From Pelobacter propionicus DSM 2379 (lineage in GTDB: Bacteria > Desulfobacterota > Desulfuromonadia > Geobacterales > Pseudopelobacteraceae): DNA of 24,000 nucleotides. Positions 23,986-24,000 of this stretch are shown in pieces. Location: assembly GCF_000015045.1 (NCBI RefSeq), contig NC_008609.1:1209344-1233343 (forward strand), given 5' to 3'. The notes under the pieces were generated by a model. That model did not search any database. It had not been told where the DNA came from and saw only the letters and a program-made list of their open reading frames with translations. Within the stretch, counting starts at the first letter, position 1. Every line of letters begins with the position of its first letter. A program made the translations under genes and the position numbers.

Positions 23986-24000
23986 GAATATTTTATGGCG

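Noticed and set aside
23996-24000. TGGCG at the right edge, resembling the 3' end (CGCCA) of a third minus-strand tRNA
   Set aside because: Only 5 nt are visible, so it cannot be evaluated.

Overview
High-GC (about 60% or more by eye) chromosomal core region. Gene content and style resemble Geobacter/Desulfuromonadales, but that placement is inference only. I support 22 protein genes and 2 tRNAs. On the minus strand: lptD (5' part, runs off the left edge), folC, accD, trpA, a very long-stalk methyl-accepting chemotaxis protein, a WHy/LEA_2 lipoprotein overlapping an SLT lytic-transglycosylase lipoprotein by 4 nt, cydAB (cytochrome bd) and an IscR-like Rrf2 regulator. On the plus strand: an operon of a LysM-FecR-3xIg/FN3-like anchored protein and a CHASE2-PAS hybrid histidine kinase. 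Then come RNase R (minus), an M23 peptidase, an unannotated 50-codon highly charged ORF, bioB-bioD-bioA, an orphan sigma54 (NtrC-type) response regulator, a PaaI-type thioesterase (minus) and tRNA-Val/tRNA-Asp (minus). I found no transposase, integrase, phage gene, CRISPR array, toxin-antitoxin pair or recognisable defence gene, so this reads as housekeeping plus signalling DNA, not an accessory island. Nothing here convinces me of a new system. The items most worth a second look are: (1) the LysM/FecR + CHASE2 kinase pair with no output partner nearby; (2) a G10 homopolymer inside that kinase; (3) an MCP with a roughly 64-heptad cytoplasmic stalk and an atypical hairpin tip, apparently co-transcribed with a lone trpA; (4) the small charged ORF missed by the ORF track; (5) several structured or repeat-bearing intergenic leaders. 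Many long ORFs in the supplied track are antisense shadows typical of high-GC DNA and are rejected. All promoter and terminator calls are by-eye motif matches and should be treated as hypotheses.
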